Shown: piece by piece, positions 20,569 through 31,784 of the stretch | How positions within the stretch are numbered: the first letter of the stretch is position 1 | Layout: every line of letters starts with the position of its first letter | Assembly: GCA_963843555.1 (NCBI GenBank) | Contig: CAWJKV010000005.1 | Location: 160,001 to 224,000, forward strand | Direction of reading: 5' to 3' | Source of the DNA: an uncultured Methanosarcinales archaeon | GTDB taxonomy: Archaea > Halobacteriota > Methanosarcinia > Methanotrichales > Methanotrichaceae | DNA length: 64,000 bases | Position numbers and translations under genes: made by a program | Notes under the pieces: model-generated | Database searches by the model: none | Seen by the model: only the letters and a program-made list of their open reading frames with translations | What the model was told of the DNA's origin: nothing

Positions 20569-21054
20569 ATGGCAGATGAAGCAAGATATTTCGAGGAACG
20601 CCGAGAGAAGCTGGCAGAGCTGGTGCGTTTCTTGCAGCAGGGTGAAGTGCCCATGTTGCGTCGTGATAAGACCGAGGGATTTGATGATCTTCCCTATCTG
20701 CTGGTGAAGGGAGCTCAGGATAAGAATTATCTCCTAGGTATGGTCTATGCCCAAAATGGTTTAGAGGCTCCATTTGACATCGGTAAGGCATGTGAATATT
20801 CACCATCACATATTAACATCAAAATTCCCGGAAGGAAACCATTATGTCTTGGAGACGTCAGTGACGCCGAAACAATCGGCACTTTAACTGAAAAGCTTGC
20901 CGAGAGTCTGGGAGTTGACAAGCGAAATTGGGGCTTTTATGTGGCAGGACCCAAAATGCAAGGCGAATTTCTTCCTAACAGCGCAAAAGTGCGTGAGATC
21001 ATGACCAATCATGCCAAGAATTTGCATTTTCTTCCAAAGACTGCTATCAAGTAG
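20569..21054 (+). CDS. Hypothetical protein
   Basis: 161-aa ORF, no motif recognised. Confidence 0.55.
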   Translation: MADEARYFEERREKLAELVRFLQQGEVPMLRRDKTEGFDDLPYLLVKGAQDKNYLLGMVYAQNGLEAPFDIGKACEYSPSHINIKIPGRKPLCLGDVSDAETIGTLTEKLAESLGVDKRNWGFYVAGPKMQGEFLPNSAKVREIMTNHAKNLHFLPKTAIK

Positions 21055-21361
21055 CTCTTTTGTAGACCCTAATTGACTCGCTGAGTAACAAACACCGTCC
21101 AACCGAGCGATTCCAGAGTAAAATGGCAGGTGCATCGGAAATTCCCCTCGGGCTCATGCGCCAGTTAATCCCGATGCATCATAGGTTCTTTGCTTTTCCC
21201 GGCTGCCTCATCGCAATATTTCCTTGCGGTAATAGCATTAAAATTGACTCATACAACAAGGGCTGCGTGGATCGGTGGGGCCGCGAAAGAGGACGTCCAT
21301 GTAAGCGTCGCCTATCCTCATCTTCAGCAAGTATTTATACTTAATAGATGAAATAATAAGC

Positions 21362-22117
21362 ATGCGAGGTAGAGGGTACTCAGAAGTGGAGTTGATACAT
21401 CATATAAAAAAAATGTCTCTGATTATTTCAATAACGCTAATTAGTTCCATCGTATGTGCTCATGGGGCCACTTTAATTGTGGGGGATAGCCCAAAAGGTT
21501 ACGGAAGCATTCAAGAGGCGATAAATTCGGCTAGAGTAGGGGATGAAATATTGGTTAATCCCGGAACTTATTACGAAAATATCGTTGTAGATAAGCGCAT
21601 AAATCTTATTGGGTTGAAAAATCCAGTTATTGATGCAGGGGGCGATTATTTCAAAGGTCCGGGTGTAACCATACTCGCTGATGGTGTGCTGATGGAAGGG
21701 TTTACCATTAGGAATTCCACAAATACCGCGGGAGATCCGCTATCCGGTGCTGGGGTATTGGTAAGATCAAACAACAATACTATCAAAGGAAACATATTAG
21801 AAGATAACTATCGCAGTGGAATCAAAGTTCTGGGTGGTAGTAATAACTCGATTACCAATAATAATGTTGATAGTAATTTTGAAGGCATATTGGTGTCAAA
21901 TTCGCATCGTAATAAAATATCAAGTAACCGCATAAATAGCAACAATGATGCGGGAATTTTTATTACAGGTTCTTCAGAACAGAATTTGGTAAAATATAAC
22001 ATTATAGAAAATAACTCTCGTGGTATATTATTGATCGATGCAGGCGTTAATGATATTACTAAAAATGAGGTTTTTAAGAATAATGTGAAAAATTTCGAGA
22101 CATTCTATACCAAATAA
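21362..22117 (+). CDS. Exported parallel beta-helix (NosD/CASH-like) protein
   Basis: YGSIQEAINSA..GDEILVNPGTYYENIVVDK and Asn-ladder repeats; AT-rich. Confidence 0.85.
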   Translation: MRGRGYSEVELIHHIKKMSLIISITLISSIVCAHGATLIVGDSPKGYGSIQEAINSARVGDEILVNPGTYYENIVVDKRINLIGLKNPVIDAGGDYFKGPGVTILADGVLMEGFTIRNSTNTAGDPLSGAGVLVRSNNNTIKGNILEDNYRSGIKVLGGSNNSITNNNVDSNFEGILVSNSHRNKISSNRINSNNDAGIFITGSSEQNLVKYNIIENNSRGILLIDAGVNDITKNEVFKNNVKNFETFYTK

Positions 22118-22318
22118 TATCGGCGCCCCTTCTGTCAAACATTTGTAGTTATTTTATTTGATTAATTTATGAGAATTTTAAAATTAAAGGCAAAAGTACA
22201 TCCTAAAGATGAGAGGAAGGATTTGGTTAGTAATTCCTCAATTTGATTCAGGATTAGTAGATAATCTTAAATCTAGGAAAGAATATTCAATTGTTCGGAA
22301 TGGAGAGATGTATTGGAT

Positions 22319-23904
22319 ATGAAAAGGAAGGGACTATATCAAATAACATCAGGGATAATTTTTCTGGTGCTCATTTTAGCTTCTATACCAGCTCTTCTTT
22401 CTCCAATTGTATTTGCATCCATGGCACAACAAGAAAAATCCGTATCAAAGGAAGCTGATCCTGCAGAAATAATCATAGAGCCAAAACAGTAATAACTGGG
22501 CATCTATGAATAGATATTTTGAATTTGAGCGGAAATTTGGGGTGGAATCATCCGAAACATTACAAATTGAGTCGAGCTGGATGGATGTTGGTTTGCCTGA
22601 AGATCCATATAAATCTTACGGGTCCTCTACCAGCAAATTCCAATAACCAACAATCTAAACAGACCATAATAAAGCAGGGTTTTATAGGATTATATCATCC
22701 TTTCAAAGGAAAAGTTTATGCAGGAACAGGCATTTATGAGGATGAAGATCTTTATCAAGCTTACCCTTTTGGGGTGAATGGCATATTGAATGCACCGAGT
22801 TATGGTGAGTACCTGTTTAAAGAAAATATCGAAAAACATTGTCTGGAATTTGATTCTAACCTGGTTTATGGAATAATTCTACCACCTTCCGAAAGGGGGG
22901 TCGCTAATAATCCCAAAGATACCAAGCTATGGGAACCAGATTCTTCACCAGGAATGATCCAAGCAGCAGCGAGGTTCTCCAAGCTATCTTCAATTTTTCC
23001 CCAAATAAGAGGGGTGATAATCGATGATTTTTGGGCTAACTATTACGGAAATGCCATTACATTGGAAGATATGAAAAATATAAAAGGTGCTCTGTCGGGG
23101 AAAAAAATGAAGCCCGATGGTACCGTGGATCTCGAATCACCCTCCACTACACCTGATTTGCAGATGTTCATTGTGACATATGGAGGCGAGTTGAGGGGTA
23201 CTCCCGATAAAAATATAATAGATATGATCGATGGTGTTAACTTCTGGATTTATGACCAGGAGGATTCCTATAACAACTTCGACCGATATTTAAGTGCCCT
23301 AGAGGCCCATTATCCAGATAAAGAACTGATCACAGGCGTGTATATCCATAATGGCGATTATGGAGATATGTCCAATCAATCCATATCCTATTTGATAGAT
23401 AAGGGCATACAGCTTTATGAAAAAGGTTTATCATCCGGGATACTTTTATTTGCTGGACATTGGCTAGTTAAGAACTATATATCACAAGAGAGAAGTCAGA
23501 AGATTGGGCTTTCTGATATTTTTTATAGCAAATATTATCCTTATCTCGGTGAGATTAATTGTCAAGTGGTGGATGATGAAACTTCGCAGCCGCTACAAGG
23601 AGTTAAAATCAAGATCTGCCACAATATGGCTAGAAAGATTACTGCCGCGGGAAAGACTACCAATGAACAGGGGATGTTCCGCTTTTCAGGATATGCAGGT
23701 AGATCCGGAGGCGTTTCATATAGCTTCACAGCCGAGAAAGACGGATATGATCCTTACAATGGATCGTTCACCATGGAGGCAAATAAAGCCATAAATCTGC
23801 CTCCAGTAAATCTCAAACTATTAGAACTGAATATTAAAGGTTCTGTTGAATCTCGTGGTAGTGGTCTTGAGAAAACGATATCAAACGACTACATAATATT
23901 TTGA
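22319..23904 (+). pseudogene. Probably one frameshifted exported protein: signal peptide, possible glycoside-hydrolase-like domain, carboxypeptidase-regulatory-like domain
   Basis: Signal-peptide ORF 22319-22492, a short bridging frame, then the 22519-23904 frame with GVIIDDFW and VVDDETSQPLQGVKI..TTNEQGMF..AEKDGY. Confidence 0.55.
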
Positions 23905-23984
23905 TGCCAAGATCACTGGACTAACCAGGTTTGGGCTTCCGATATAATATACATTCAGCTGAAGCATGAGCATATCCATCAGGG

Positions 23985-24130
23985 GTGCAGTCCATACCAT
24001 ATGATAACGAATTTTGCAGGCAAAGTGACTCGCTTTCTTAACTTCAAAATCATCGACAGGCAATTATGCCACCTTGATTATGTCCGTTTCCTGACCAACC
24101 CAACCGCAGCAAGCAACGGGTATTCGAATT
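23985..24130 (-). mobile_element. IS200/IS605-family remnant (tnpA 5' fragment plus end hairpin)
   Basis: EVKKASHFACKIRYHMVW resembles the Y1 TnpA N-terminus; imperfect hairpin CCGCAGCAAGCAACGG at ~24103-24120. Confidence 0.65.
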
Positions 24131-24718
24131 AAATAAACATCAAATACGTCTAATGAGGAAAAGGATGATACCCCTTTGTGGTGCGATCTGATGTTTTAGC
24201 GGAGATATTCAATGAAAACGCTAATTATCTATGACTCGGTCGCGCCTCGTCCCCGCGGTCTCAGCATATTTTGCCTGGAAACGTTCTGCTTCTACTGCAT
24301 TCTTTGGACCTTAATATCAATCCGTCATCATTTTATCGATTTGCTCTTCATCAAATCAAAGCCGATTCACTGAGAACGGGAAAACTCCTGCAAAAGTTCC
24401 AAATCGGCATCCAATAAGGTCGAAAGCGCCAATTCAACAATATTCGGATCGGTGGTCGGTGGCACCTCCAACCTATCCATTCACTTCTGCAGCGCCTTAA
24501 TCATTGTCATCCTTGCCCTCCAACTTTCGAGGGCGCTTCTCAATGGCCCAACCTTTTCAATTTCACAAGAGCGGAGCCAACATTCAGAAAGCTGTATGAT
24601 TGTATCCACTTCAATATTCATGTCCAAAAAAGGGGCAACAAAATGTGCCTTCTTAGATATTTAATTGGAAGCTAAATATACAAAAAAAGGAATGAGGTGA
24701 GATAATTCCCCCTCATTC

Positions 24719-26209
24719 TCATGGTTTCTCTGATTTCATTGAATTCCTCCATTTCTCGATCTCTCGAGAAGCAGCTTCCCGTCCGCCCAATCCAAAGGCG
24801 AGAGCTACGGCTATTGCAATGGCTCCTAGCAAGAGGCCGAAAGCCAGATTAATGATATCATTGGCGACTCCTATCTCAAGAAGTGCCATTGCGCCCGCAA
24901 AGACAAGTATCGCAACCCGAGATGCCAATGACAGTATCTTGGCCTCTGACATTCCGCTGGATAATATTGCGTTGCTGGCCAAATTTGCCAAGAAAATGCC
25001 AATTGCAAATATGACCAGGCCCAGAACCACCCGTCCTGCGAATATGGTAAATCCGGCTATCAAATCGGCCAACAGGGAGAAGTTGAGAATCTGGGATGCC
25101 TCAATCAGGGCGAAGAGCATTATGGCTACAAATGCCAGATATCCAACTATCTCCGATGGCTTTCTTTGTCCTTCTGCAGGTCCCTCTCCTAATCCAAGAC
25201 GCACCAATATCTGATCAAATCCTAAGGCACCCAGTAGATTGCCGACCAGATCGCCAACCAACCTTCCGAGAATGTAGGCAATTACCAAGACCAAAGCTGC
25301 TCCGAAAAGCGCTGGCAAAGCGTTGAGCAATTGATTGAGCATATTGGAAATGGGCTGGGTAACAGCATCGATAGCTAATGCCTGTAGAGCTGCAACAAGA
25401 ACCGGAATCAGGACAAGGATGAAGACTATCAATCCGATAAGACCACCAAGGCCTTGTTTGCCCAGAAATTTGGACAATCCTATCCTTTCGCTAAAGCGCT
25501 CCGATCCCATAGCGACCAGAAGGTTAGTCACAATTCTTCGAATAATGGTCGCCACAAACCAGCCAACTACTAATATGACTATGGCTGCCAAGAGATTTGG
25601 AAGGAATGCAAGGATCTTGGCTAGCATGACTTGGATTGGTGCCAGGATGCCCCCGAGTCCTAGAATATCAAGAATCATGGGGAGGAAGAGAAGCCAGACC
25701 AGCCAGTATACGGCTTCTGCTACGCTATTGCTTAAAGGCACCTGTTTTTGTTCTAAGCCAGCCTGGTCGCCTATATTTTCGTCTACTTTAAAAGCTTTAA
25801 GAGCGGAAGCGACGATTTTTCTTGCAACAACAGCTACAATCCAGGCTACTACTACAATTATTATACCGCCGAGTAGCCTGGGAAGATAAGCCATGAACTC
25901 TGTTAACATCTGATTAATAGGATCTACTATTACTGTCAAACCCAGTACTTCAAAGAATGCAACTAATACAAACAATAGAAGGATATAGTACACGATCTTT
26001 GAGATCCATGTATCTGGGTCTACGTCCTTAGCTTCATCTCCCATCCTATCGGCTATTCTCTGGCCCCAACCAGTTTTGGCAAGCCCCTTTTTAACCAAAG
26101 ATGCAATTATTAGTGCAATTATCCATCCAACAATAAGAACTATTAGAGCGGATATCAGATTTGGACTGATTGTCGTCCACCATTGAGAGATCTGCTCAAG
26201 ATATGCCAT
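24719..26209 (-). CDS. Multi-TM-repeat membrane protein (CmpX/mechanosensitive-channel-like)
   Basis: Repeated LP.LL.AI.ILV(V)GW units; C-terminal AIAVALAFGLGGREAA; start MAYLEQ after GGAGG. Confidence 0.85.
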   Translation of the reverse strand: MAYLEQISQWWTTISPNLISALIVLIVGWIIALIIASLVKKGLAKTGWGQRIADRMGDEAKDVDPDTWISKIVYYILLLFVLVAFFEVLGLTVIVDPINQMLTEFMAYLPRLLGGIIIVVVAWIVAVVARKIVASALKAFKVDENIGDQAGLEQKQVPLSNSVAEAVYWLVWLLFLPMILDILGLGGILAPIQVMLAKILAFLPNLLAAIVILVVGWFVATIIRRIVTNLLVAMGSERFSERIGLSKFLGKQGLGGLIGLIVFILVLIPVLVAALQALAIDAVTQPISNMLNQLLNALPALFGAALVLVIAYILGRLVGDLVGNLLGALGFDQILVRLGLGEGPAEGQRKPSEIVGYLAFVAIMLFALIEASQILNFSLLADLIAGFTIFAGRVVLGLVIFAIGIFLANLASNAILSSGMSEAKILSLASRVAILVFAGAMALLEIGVANDIINLAFGLLLGAIAIAVALAFGLGGREAASREIEKWRNSMKSEKP

Positions 26210-26611
26210 AAAATCTACCTCCAGATCCGTGTTCCAGGCCCTTCGCCTGAAAACATTTCTTCTTATAGTTATTCTCTCGTTCATATTTATAAGTTTGGTT
26301 TATTTATAGATTGTATCAGAAATGTTTGTGATCCTGGTCCTTCATTGGCAGATGATCCTGTCGTGGAGATGACCTTATGACGACCTTCTTTCTTTTCAAT
26401 AGCTTCCTCAGAACATCGAGATAGGTTCGCTGATCCGGAGACATTTTACGATTGCTATTTCAGGTCTGATATTTCTCAGAACGAACTCGGTTGATTTGAG
26501 TTGGAACGCCTCTCTGCGAGAGCAGCGAGATATTCGGATAAAATTTTCCAACCCGTTATGTGTTGCAAGACATTAAAAGAAAGGTTCCGCATGTTGGGAT
26601 GGATGGACGAG

Positions 26612-26730
26612 ATAGTAGCTTCACCGACAGGCTTCTTTATCAAAGGCAAAATGGGTTCACTACGAGAAGGGAGGATTAGAGCGTGCACCTAATGGGCTAA
26701 AGAATTGTTAAGAGCAAAGAAAGCACGTGA
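26612..26730 (+). pseudogene. Flavodoxin-like C-terminal relic
   Basis: IVASPTGFFIKGKMGSLREG / LERA / WAKELLRAK across frameshifts. Confidence 0.5.
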
Positions 26731-26951
26731 TCGAAATTTAGGTCGAGGTTTGCATTAAACAAGGTCTTCTCTTGCCCCATCAAAGATCCGCGCACTTCAT
26801 TTACATCCTTGAGGATCATTCCAACAGTCGTCTAATCGTGGTGTTCCTGCGAAGATTGTCCCAGACTCGATCATTTGAGCAGAGGCGGTTTGCCAGCCCG
26901 AAATTATAATCTACTCAATCCACCCATGAGGAAAACTAAAATCACAATGTT

Positions 26952-27599
26952 TTATCCTCCCAGGGTTATATCCTGCTCATTGTACCAATCGAGAGCTTCA
27001 TAAAAATGTTCGGTCTTAAAGTCGGGCCAATAAGCGTTAATTATATAAAAATCTGCATAAACGGATTGAACAGGCAGGAAGCCGCTGAGTCTTCTTCTGC
27101 CACCCCAGCGAATTATGAGATCCAATCTCGAAATATCTGAAGAATGAATTTTCTCTACGAAATTTTCCCGTCCACCATTGAGCTCTTCCATTGCGCCACT
27201 CAAATCCCATTGCCATCCATAGTTTACGAGGAAATTTAGCTTAATTGATCCCGATCCTGAGACGGTCCTTTTGGTGTACGGCAAGAACTCTTTTGGGAAT
27301 ACGGGCGAGTTCGAGTTGCCCATGATAAGTAATGAGGCATCCTCATTGGATATTAGCCTCACAGCTTCTAAGCAAGAGCTTTTGAAGGCTTTGACCTGCT
27401 CCCTGGGTCTCTTCGTATTATCCTGCGTGAAACCATAGAAGGTTAATTCCTTTATCCCTTCTTTCTTGGCCAATCTGAAGAGTGCCAATCCGGGGGCCAA
27501 TCCAGCATTGTAGCCGGCCTCCTTCGATAGTCCCCTTTCAACAGCCCACCTCCTGTTTCCATCTGGAATTATCCCGATATGTCTGGGTATTCGTTTCAA
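26952..27599 (-). CDS. Short cis-prenyltransferase (UppS family)
   Basis: PRHIGIIPDGNRRWA, FYGFTQDNTKRP, DLIIRWGGRRRLSGFLP, YWPDF. Confidence 0.88.
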   Translation of the reverse strand: MKRIPRHIGIIPDGNRRWAVERGLSKEAGYNAGLAPGLALFRLAKKEGIKELTFYGFTQDNTKRPREQVKAFKSSCLEAVRLISNEDASLLIMGNSNSPVFPKEFLPYTKRTVSGSGSIKLNFLVNYGWQWDLSGAMEELNGGRENFVEKIHSSDISRLDLIIRWGGRRRLSGFLPVQSVYADFYIINAYWPDFKTEHFYEALDWYNEQDITLGG

Positions 27600-27895
27600 G
27601 CAGAAAACTCCTCGTATAAAATAATCGTATTAACAGGATACAATGTCTTTTTTTTCGTATTTGAAGATTTACGCGACCCTGGCGATCCAACAGTACAACG
27701 ATCTTTTTGTTCTCTTAATCGCGTATCCCGTCAATGCGTATGAGAACAATAGTCAAACGTTGGACTTAATCTACAGTATACCTCTAACCTTTGTCAATTT
27801 CCCGGATGGCTGAGAGATTTTACGCAATTTTGAGTTAAAATCAGTTGACCTCATCTGCTTCATTTGACATCAAAAAGATATTAAATGATGACTCG

Positions 27896-28099
27896 TTAGG
27901 TTTTTACCGTCTTGATGTTTGACTTAATTTTCTCTTCGTCTTCAGGTGAAAGCTCTTTGCCATGAGCCTCCTTTTCATGCAATTTTGCATGCTCGATAAC
28001 CTCTTCTTCTGTCTTTGCTCTCACTTGAAATCCACATGCTTGGGCTGTATCGCCAAAATGGATGCAATGTATTAGTTCCTGATATTCATCTTGAGCCAT
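27896..28099 (-). CDS. DUF1059-family small putative metal-binding protein
   Basis: C..CGFQVRAKTEEEVIEHAKLHEKEAHG. Confidence 0.8.
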   Translation of the reverse strand: MAQDEYQELIHCIHFGDTAQACGFQVRAKTEEEVIEHAKLHEKEAHGKELSPEDEEKIKSNIKTVKT

Positions 28100-28273
28100 A
28101 CATGATAAGAGGCTTTATTCGTATATGAGGGTTCCGAAGATCTTATTAAATAGAAAATTATAAATACTATTAATACTATAAAACTAGCGAGAAATCTTAC
28201 CGACTTTGCCATTTGGCAGGAATATGATCGAACTGTTCATTTCAGCAGCTTTATAGCCTTTCAGACGAGCAGC

Positions 28274-28504
28274 TCAAGCGTGATTAGCGGACCGCATATC
28301 GTTCCGATGCTCATGGAGATAGCGAAGACCGTTCCCGAATCTACCACCATATGGAAATCCCATGATGGTCATCTTGGTGAAGAAATTTTGGGTCACGGGG
28401 GACCGATTCATGTCATCACAAACGAAATCCATCACTTCGTATCCGTCAAGTGATCCTTCGACCTGTAACCAGTTCACAACTGCGATCTCTTGATCATTCA
28501 GCAT
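28274..28504 (-). CDS. Hypothetical protein
   Basis: 76-aa ORF overlapping the upstream ORF stop by 7 nt. Confidence 0.4.
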   Translation of the reverse strand: MLNDQEIAVVNWLQVEGSLDGYEVMDFVCDDMNRSPVTQNFFTKMTIMGFPYGGRFGNGLRYLHEHRNDMRSANHA

Positions 28505-29052
28505 GAAGTCGCTGGGGTAAAATCAGATCCGAGATTGAATTCTACTCTCATCGCGTCTTGTACTCCAATGGCTTGTGGCGCACATATGGCACCGCCAGTC
28601 GCAATATATCGTTTCAAAAGTCTCCACGTGGGTTCAATATCTCTCGGCAATTTAATGCATTTTGGCAAATGATGATGCCCGTTGTTCATAGCCATCTGGC
28701 ATCCTCCACCTGTTTCTTTTCTATGAGTGCATCTAAGATTGCAGAAAGCCACGGTTTTGATTAGCACTTTTCCAACATCGATTTCGATTGACGGTTCGGA
28801 AATGCTACGAGCAAATACTGCAACGGCCATGGCAAAGAAAGATAAGTTTTCGATTGCCCCCTCCGATAACTTCCGTGACAGATAATTCATTATTTTCGGC
28901 TCAATCTCGATTTTGGCCTGCTCGACGAGCGCACGATAGCCTTTTGCCGTTGGCATAAGCAGGTTTTGATCAAATTCGAACTCCTTCATTGTAACACGGC
29001 GGTCTATCAACTTAACAAAATGGCAGCCATATCTGTTCACATAATCGTCCAT
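28498..29052 (-). CDS. Hypothetical protein
   Basis: 184-aa ORF with GGAG RBS; no motif recognised. Confidence 0.5.
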   Translation of the reverse strand: MDDYVNRYGCHFVKLIDRRVTMKEFEFDQNLLMPTAKGYRALVEQAKIEIEPKIMNYLSRKLSEGAIENLSFFAMAVAVFARSISEPSIEIDVGKVLIKTVAFCNLRCTHRKETGGGCQMAMNNGHHHLPKCIKLPRDIEPTWRLLKRYIATGGAICAPQAIGVQDAMRVEFNLGSDFTPATSC

Positions 29053-29574
29053 ATATCTCCAATAGATGTGAAATGACTCTTAGTAGACTTTAATGATTGC
29101 TAACCTTATATTATCTATAGATCTGGTCTTTTCTGATATTTTCTCTGACTATCCTTGGGTATACGCATGAGTATGCGATCTCAGTTCGGTTCCGAGGCAA
29201 AGTCCCCAAAGTTCTTCAGGTAGGCGATGACAATGGAGTCGATCTATACCTTTCGCAAACCTTCAAATACTTTTGCCTTCCCCCTTTTTATCAAAATAAA
29301 TGAGCATCATGTTACCTATATCAAAGCTGGTGCATATTCGTCCGGTTCTAAATTTTGCTTAATGTTCTTGATAGAAGTCGATTATGATCTCAGGTAACTA
29401 CGTAGCTCATATTCCTTTATTTTCATTTGGCGTCTTAATTTAGTCTTTAGAGGTTTCACTTTTCTTCTGCTAATTCTCTCACTAACTCTCATCTTTTTCG
29501 CAAGCCATGAGGCGGCAGCCAATATCATCTAAAATTTAGTAGCTTCTTTATCATAAAGATCGCATGAAATGATA

Positions 29575-30000
29575 TTACTTTTTAGAACTTATAGTTTTTA
29601 ATTGAATAGAGTCATGGACTTCGTTTACCACCATGTTTAAAGATGTGGTTTGGTGCATTTTCATATCTGTAGAATATTGGGATAGATCGAATCTCGCCTT
29701 CAGATAAGACCACCGAGAGGCGCATGCTACACTATCCTTAAAATAGGTCAGTTGTGATACAATTATCCCTGCCAATTTGATAAAGTACTGTGGGAGATGG
29801 ATGGCAAAAACCATGGTTCTCCTGGGCAATGGAAAATTACAGTTCGGACATTGGGGAATCTTCGATATGATATAAATCAAGTAGAAAAGGCCCAGACCCC
29901 GAATAAAATCACTCCATCTGAAATATATATTCGGCTTTATCTTCTCGCCGCAATTTCCACAGAACACCATATATCCTCGATTTATGGTTGCCAACACCAA
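29575..30000 (-). CDS. Hypothetical zinc-ribbon membrane protein
   Basis: CGNC, hydrophobic segment, CPNC. Confidence 0.5.
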   Translation of the reverse strand: MVLATINRGYMVFCGNCGEKIKPNIYFRWSDFIRGLGLFYLIYIISKIPQCPNCNFPLPRRTMVFAIHLPQYFIKLAGIIVSQLTYFKDSVACASRWSYLKARFDLSQYSTDMKMHQTTSLNMVVNEVHDSIQLKTISSKK

Positions 30001-30515
30001 TTTTACAGGCGATTCGCATGGAGAGCTTGATAATGAAGGTTCTTGCTCTGCATTTCTAGAAGGTTCTTGGATGGTCTTATATTACCTATATTATTACTAA
30101 TAAGAACTGAAAGTATTTAAGTTATCATAACACAAATTGGGAATTATAGCACAAAAAGCGAACGTTATCTTCCAGAGTAGAGCCGACGCAATTTTGGGCA
30201 TGGGCCTTCAAAATGGGGGCTGCATTTATAATCTCAAGTATGTAATCCTTAACACCGGTTAGAAAATTGAATCAATTGAATTTGAGCGAATCCTATTTTT
30301 CGGAGACAATTTCTTTTCCTGGACTTTGGTAATCTGATCCTGAAGAGACATATATCTGAATTCTCTCGCCCGGCAGTTGGCGAAATCTAAAGCATCAATT
30401 TCCAGCACTGCTCCGGCGCAGGCTATCAAATGGATTTAGATATCCTCGTTTAATATAATCTCCCTAGAGCTTTGATGGCCTGAGGAATTTCCGCAGTATA
30501 AACTTCTTCCTCATT

Positions 30516-30755
30516 TCAATGTTCAGGCTTCTTCTTCCATATGCCTGTTTTTTCATCTTTCTCATAGGATTTTTTGACTGCAGACCAGGCAACCTTATGG
30601 GCAGTTTCTTCTCTTGAAGCATCCCCAAGTCGATCTTCTGGATTTTTGTACTCATCCCATGCGTTGTTGAAAGCCTCTAAGTAGATCTTTTGGGCATGCT
30701 CAGGCAGATTCTTTTTTACGCTGGCTGGCAGTTCCAACTCATTTTTGTAAGGCAT
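30516..30755 (-). CDS. chaB: ChaB-family protein
   Basis: LPASVKKNLPEHAQKIYLEAFNNAWDEY..EETAHKVAWSAVKKSYEK. Confidence 0.92.
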   Translation of the reverse strand: MPYKNELELPASVKKNLPEHAQKIYLEAFNNAWDEYKNPEDRLGDASREETAHKVAWSAVKKSYEKDEKTGIWKKKPEH

Positions 30756-30968
30756 TTGAAAGACCTCTTTTGAATTTTCGCCATTGTATAATTGTTTTGA
30801 TCGTTAATCAATTTTTCTATACATCTATATTTGTTATAGGAAACTATTTCTCAAGATCATCTTGCTTAGGGGTCAACGAATGGATCCTCATCTCACTCAA
30901 GTCGAGCCCCCTCGTGCATCAGAACCAGATTCGTAAAGTATAGTTACTGATACTGGTTATGTATATGT

Positions 30969-31106
30969 GGGACCTTGCGTAAGGGGTAAGTAGACAATGT
31001 ACGGTAAGTCAGTCCCTAGTTCATGGGCTATCTGTCCTGGCGTTATCAGGGCGTCAAGAAGATATGCCAGGACCTGAATGGAAAGTTGCAGGCTTTGAGA
31101 TGAACT
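30969..31106 (+). ncRNA. Candidate structured leader RNA of unknown class
   Basis: Nested stems GGGAC/GTCCC, CTTGC-GTA/TAC-GTAAG, AGTTCAT/ATGAACT, GTCCTGGC/GCCAGGAC, CCTG/CAGG upstream of ORF 31143. Confidence 0.35.
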
Positions 31107-31142
31107 CTTGTATGAGCTTAAAAAATTAAAGGTGGATATATT

Positions 31143-31784
31143 ATGAGAAATCAGGGACTCCTATTTATTCTCGCAGTTATGTTTGTGACAAGTTCGGCTC
31201 AAGCTACATTGGCGACATGCCCGGCTTGCAGTGGAGGTCAAGCGGATTGGACGGAGAGTGCAAATTCTTTTTTGGAAGGAAAACCCATACAGGATGCTCC
31301 ATCCACTCTGGGTAGTCCGCAGCAGGCTAGACTCCTAAATGCCCAAATCGATTCCAGAAAGAAAGCGAGTAAAGATTCGAATGCCGCGAATAATATAGCG
31401 GTAACGCCGGTGCGCAACTCTACTCCAATGTTCGACATCCACCTGAACGACTTACATGCTGTACCCAATCCTGCAAAATTTAATGATGCGGTCAAAATAG
31501 TTGCGGTCTTCGGGAACATCAGCTCTAATTTAACAACTCGGGATAACTTATCGAAAGGGCCAGGTTTGACAAGTTTGACGGTTTACGCAGACATTAAGAA
31601 CTCAGCGGGATTAGACGTTGGCAGGGTAAATCTGAAACAGTCATCTGATATTGAATATTCCGGAATCTGGAATGTCAGTTTAGGATCTGACACCTATAAT
31701 ATAACTATTGAGGCAACTGGACCTGACGGATCAAAGGTGTTCAAGGACGCCTTGCAGATAATTGTGAGAGATATTCCAGATTAA
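31143..31784 (+). CDS. Exported hypothetical protein with N-terminal CPAC motif and Ig-like C-terminal domain
   Basis: Signal peptide, TCPACSGG, beta-rich C-terminus (AVPNPA..YSGIWN..YNITIEA). Confidence 0.75.
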   Translation: MRNQGLLFILAVMFVTSSAQATLATCPACSGGQADWTESANSFLEGKPIQDAPSTLGSPQQARLLNAQIDSRKKASKDSNAANNIAVTPVRNSTPMFDIHLNDLHAVPNPAKFNDAVKIVAVFGNISSNLTTRDNLSKGPGLTSLTVYADIKNSAGLDVGRVNLKQSSDIEYSGIWNVSLGSDTYNITIEATGPDGSKVFKDALQIIVRDIPD

